Part shown: piece after piece, positions 62,301 through 64,000 of the stretch
How positions within the stretch are numbered: the first letter of the stretch is position 1
Layout: each line of letters opens with the position of its first letter
Assembly: GCA_038087875.1 (NCBI GenBank)
Contig: CM075995.1
Span: forward strand, 5,210,001 to 5,274,000
Length of the DNA stretch: 64,000 nt
Direction of reading: 5' to 3'
Source: Malacoraja senta
Lineage: Eukaryota
Notes under the pieces: model-generated
The model's database searches: none
What the model saw: only the letters and a program-made list of their open reading frames with translations
What the model was told of the DNA's origin: nothing
Made by a program: the position numbers and the translations under genes

Positions 62301-62894
62301 CTCAGTCCTGAGGGGCGATCTAAGAGCTGTTTCTCGAGCTAAACAATTGATAGATTGCAGGGTGAAGCTGGTCTCGGTGAAAGAATGTCAGGATACTGCA
62401 CTTCACTTTCTTTGATAAGAAAAAGCCAAATTTTGTTTTCACTTAGCAAGTGCTTGTTAAAGGATGCAAGAATCCCAGATGCTTTAGTTGAACAATGAGT
62501 TTTGAGGATTAGTACTTAAGAATATTTAAAAAGAGGCTAGTATAGGCTATTTGACCGCATGTGCCGAGGTTGACCTTCGTAAAGAATAGGATCGAGCTTC
62601 TACCTCAGCGTCACATCTCTGACCTGCAGTTCACCGCTGGAAAGTATCCCTTTGTTTTTGCCCTCCGTCAACTGCTCTGATCAATCTATTAACCAGATGG
62701 CTCCGAACAATATATATTACAACGGCAACCCTGGTTGCACACAATCATAAATATTCCCTTTGTCCTAAACATCTCTCCCCGGTCCTTTCTGCAACATGAA
62801 ACTATTCCGCTATCTCATTTTTCCAGTTCTGACAATGGATCTTTAACCTGAAACAATACCTTGGTTTCCCTTTCCACTGATGTTACCTGACCTG

Positions 62895-64000
62895 CACTGG
62901 ACCTGTACTCGCTGGAGTATAGAAGGATGAGGGGACACCTCATTGAAACTTACTGAATAGTGAAAGGCCTGGATAGATAGAGTGGATCCCTGGAGGAGTT
63001 TCAGGAACTAAGGATCAAACTAAAAAAAGGGGATCAGACGGGCAAAAAGGGGCCAGGAGATAGCTCTGGCGGGTAGCATAAAAGACAATCCCAAAAGATT
63101 TTAATAAATACATTAGGGGGAAAAGGGTAACTAGAGAAAGAGTGGGACTTCTCAGGAATAAAAGCGGTCCTTAAGTCGTCCTTAAATACAGGTGCCAGAG
63201 GATTGGAGGGTGGCAAATGTCTTTTCAAGAAGGACTGCAGGGAAATGCTGGGAACTATAGGCCGGTTAGCTTAACATCTGTAGTTGGTAAGTTACTGGAG
63301 AGTATTCTGAGGGAGAGGACATACAGCCATTTGGACGGGCAAGGGCTGATTAAGAACAGTCAGCATGGTTTTGTACATGGGATGTCGTGTCTCACAAATC
63401 TGATTGATTTTTTTTGAAGATGTGAGCAAAAAGGTTGATGAGGGCAGAGCTGGAGATGTTCAACAAGGAGCCACATGGTAGGCTGCTCTGGAAGGTTAGA
63501 TCTCATGGGATCTAAGGAGAGATAGCTGAATGGATAGCAAACTGTATCCATGGAAGGAAGCAGAGGGTGATGGTGGAAGGTTGCTTCTCAGAATGGAGGC
63601 CTGTGACTAGTGGTGTGGCACAGGGTTTGGTGCTGGGCCCGTTACTGTTTGTCATCTACATCAATAATTTGGATGAGAGCATACAGGGCAAGATTAGCAA
63701 GTTTGCTGATGATACAAAAGTTGGTGGTTTTGCAGATAGTGAAGATGGTTGTGAACGATTGCAGCATCATCTGGATCGATTGTCCAGGTGGGCGGAGGAT
63801 GAAATTTAATACAGAGAAGTGTGAGGTGTTGCATTTTGGGACATCGAACAAGGGCAGGTCCTACACAGTAAATGATAGGCCTCTGGAGAGTGTTGTAGAA
63901 CAGAGGGATCTAGGAGTACAAGTGCGTGGTTCCATGAAGGTCGAGTCGAAGGTAGATAAGGTGGTCAAAAAGGCTTTTGGCACTTTGGCCTTCATCAGTC
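62895..64000 (+). mobile_element. Degenerate CR1 fragments, RT region running off the window
   Basis: NYRPVSLTSVVGK, QHGF, QGLVLGP, FADD. Confidence 0.88.

Overview
Repeat-dense vertebrate genomic DNA, most likely a cartilaginous fish (skate/ray/shark), inferred from HE1/V-SINE-type SINEs that share their 3' tail with CR1 (HER1-like) LINEs. No host protein-coding gene is recognisable; a GC-rich CpG-island-like stretch at the left end and a few splice-signal-bounded segments are weak hints of a transcript. Much of the window is nested mobile DNA: CR1 LINEs (one with an uninterrupted 981-codon ORF2), three DIRS1-type tyrosine-recombinase retrotransposons (one inserted in another, with a full-length L1 also inside), Penelope-like fragments and ~95-nt hammerhead-containing Penelope tails, a Vingi/Ingi-like LINE, Rex/Babar and RTE remnants, V-SINEs and several MITEs. 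The most interesting observation is two families of ~140-165 bp retroposons whose 5' end is the predicted cleavage site of a minimal HDV-like ribozyme, with (AAG)n tails and 11-bp target-site duplications. Also notable are a conserved hairpin module joined to four different LINE tails, a putative 5'-leader intron in all three DIRS elements, and an ATT integration core at all three DIRS junctions. All calls are by eye; no database searches or folding programs were run, and boundaries of degenerate repeats are approximate.
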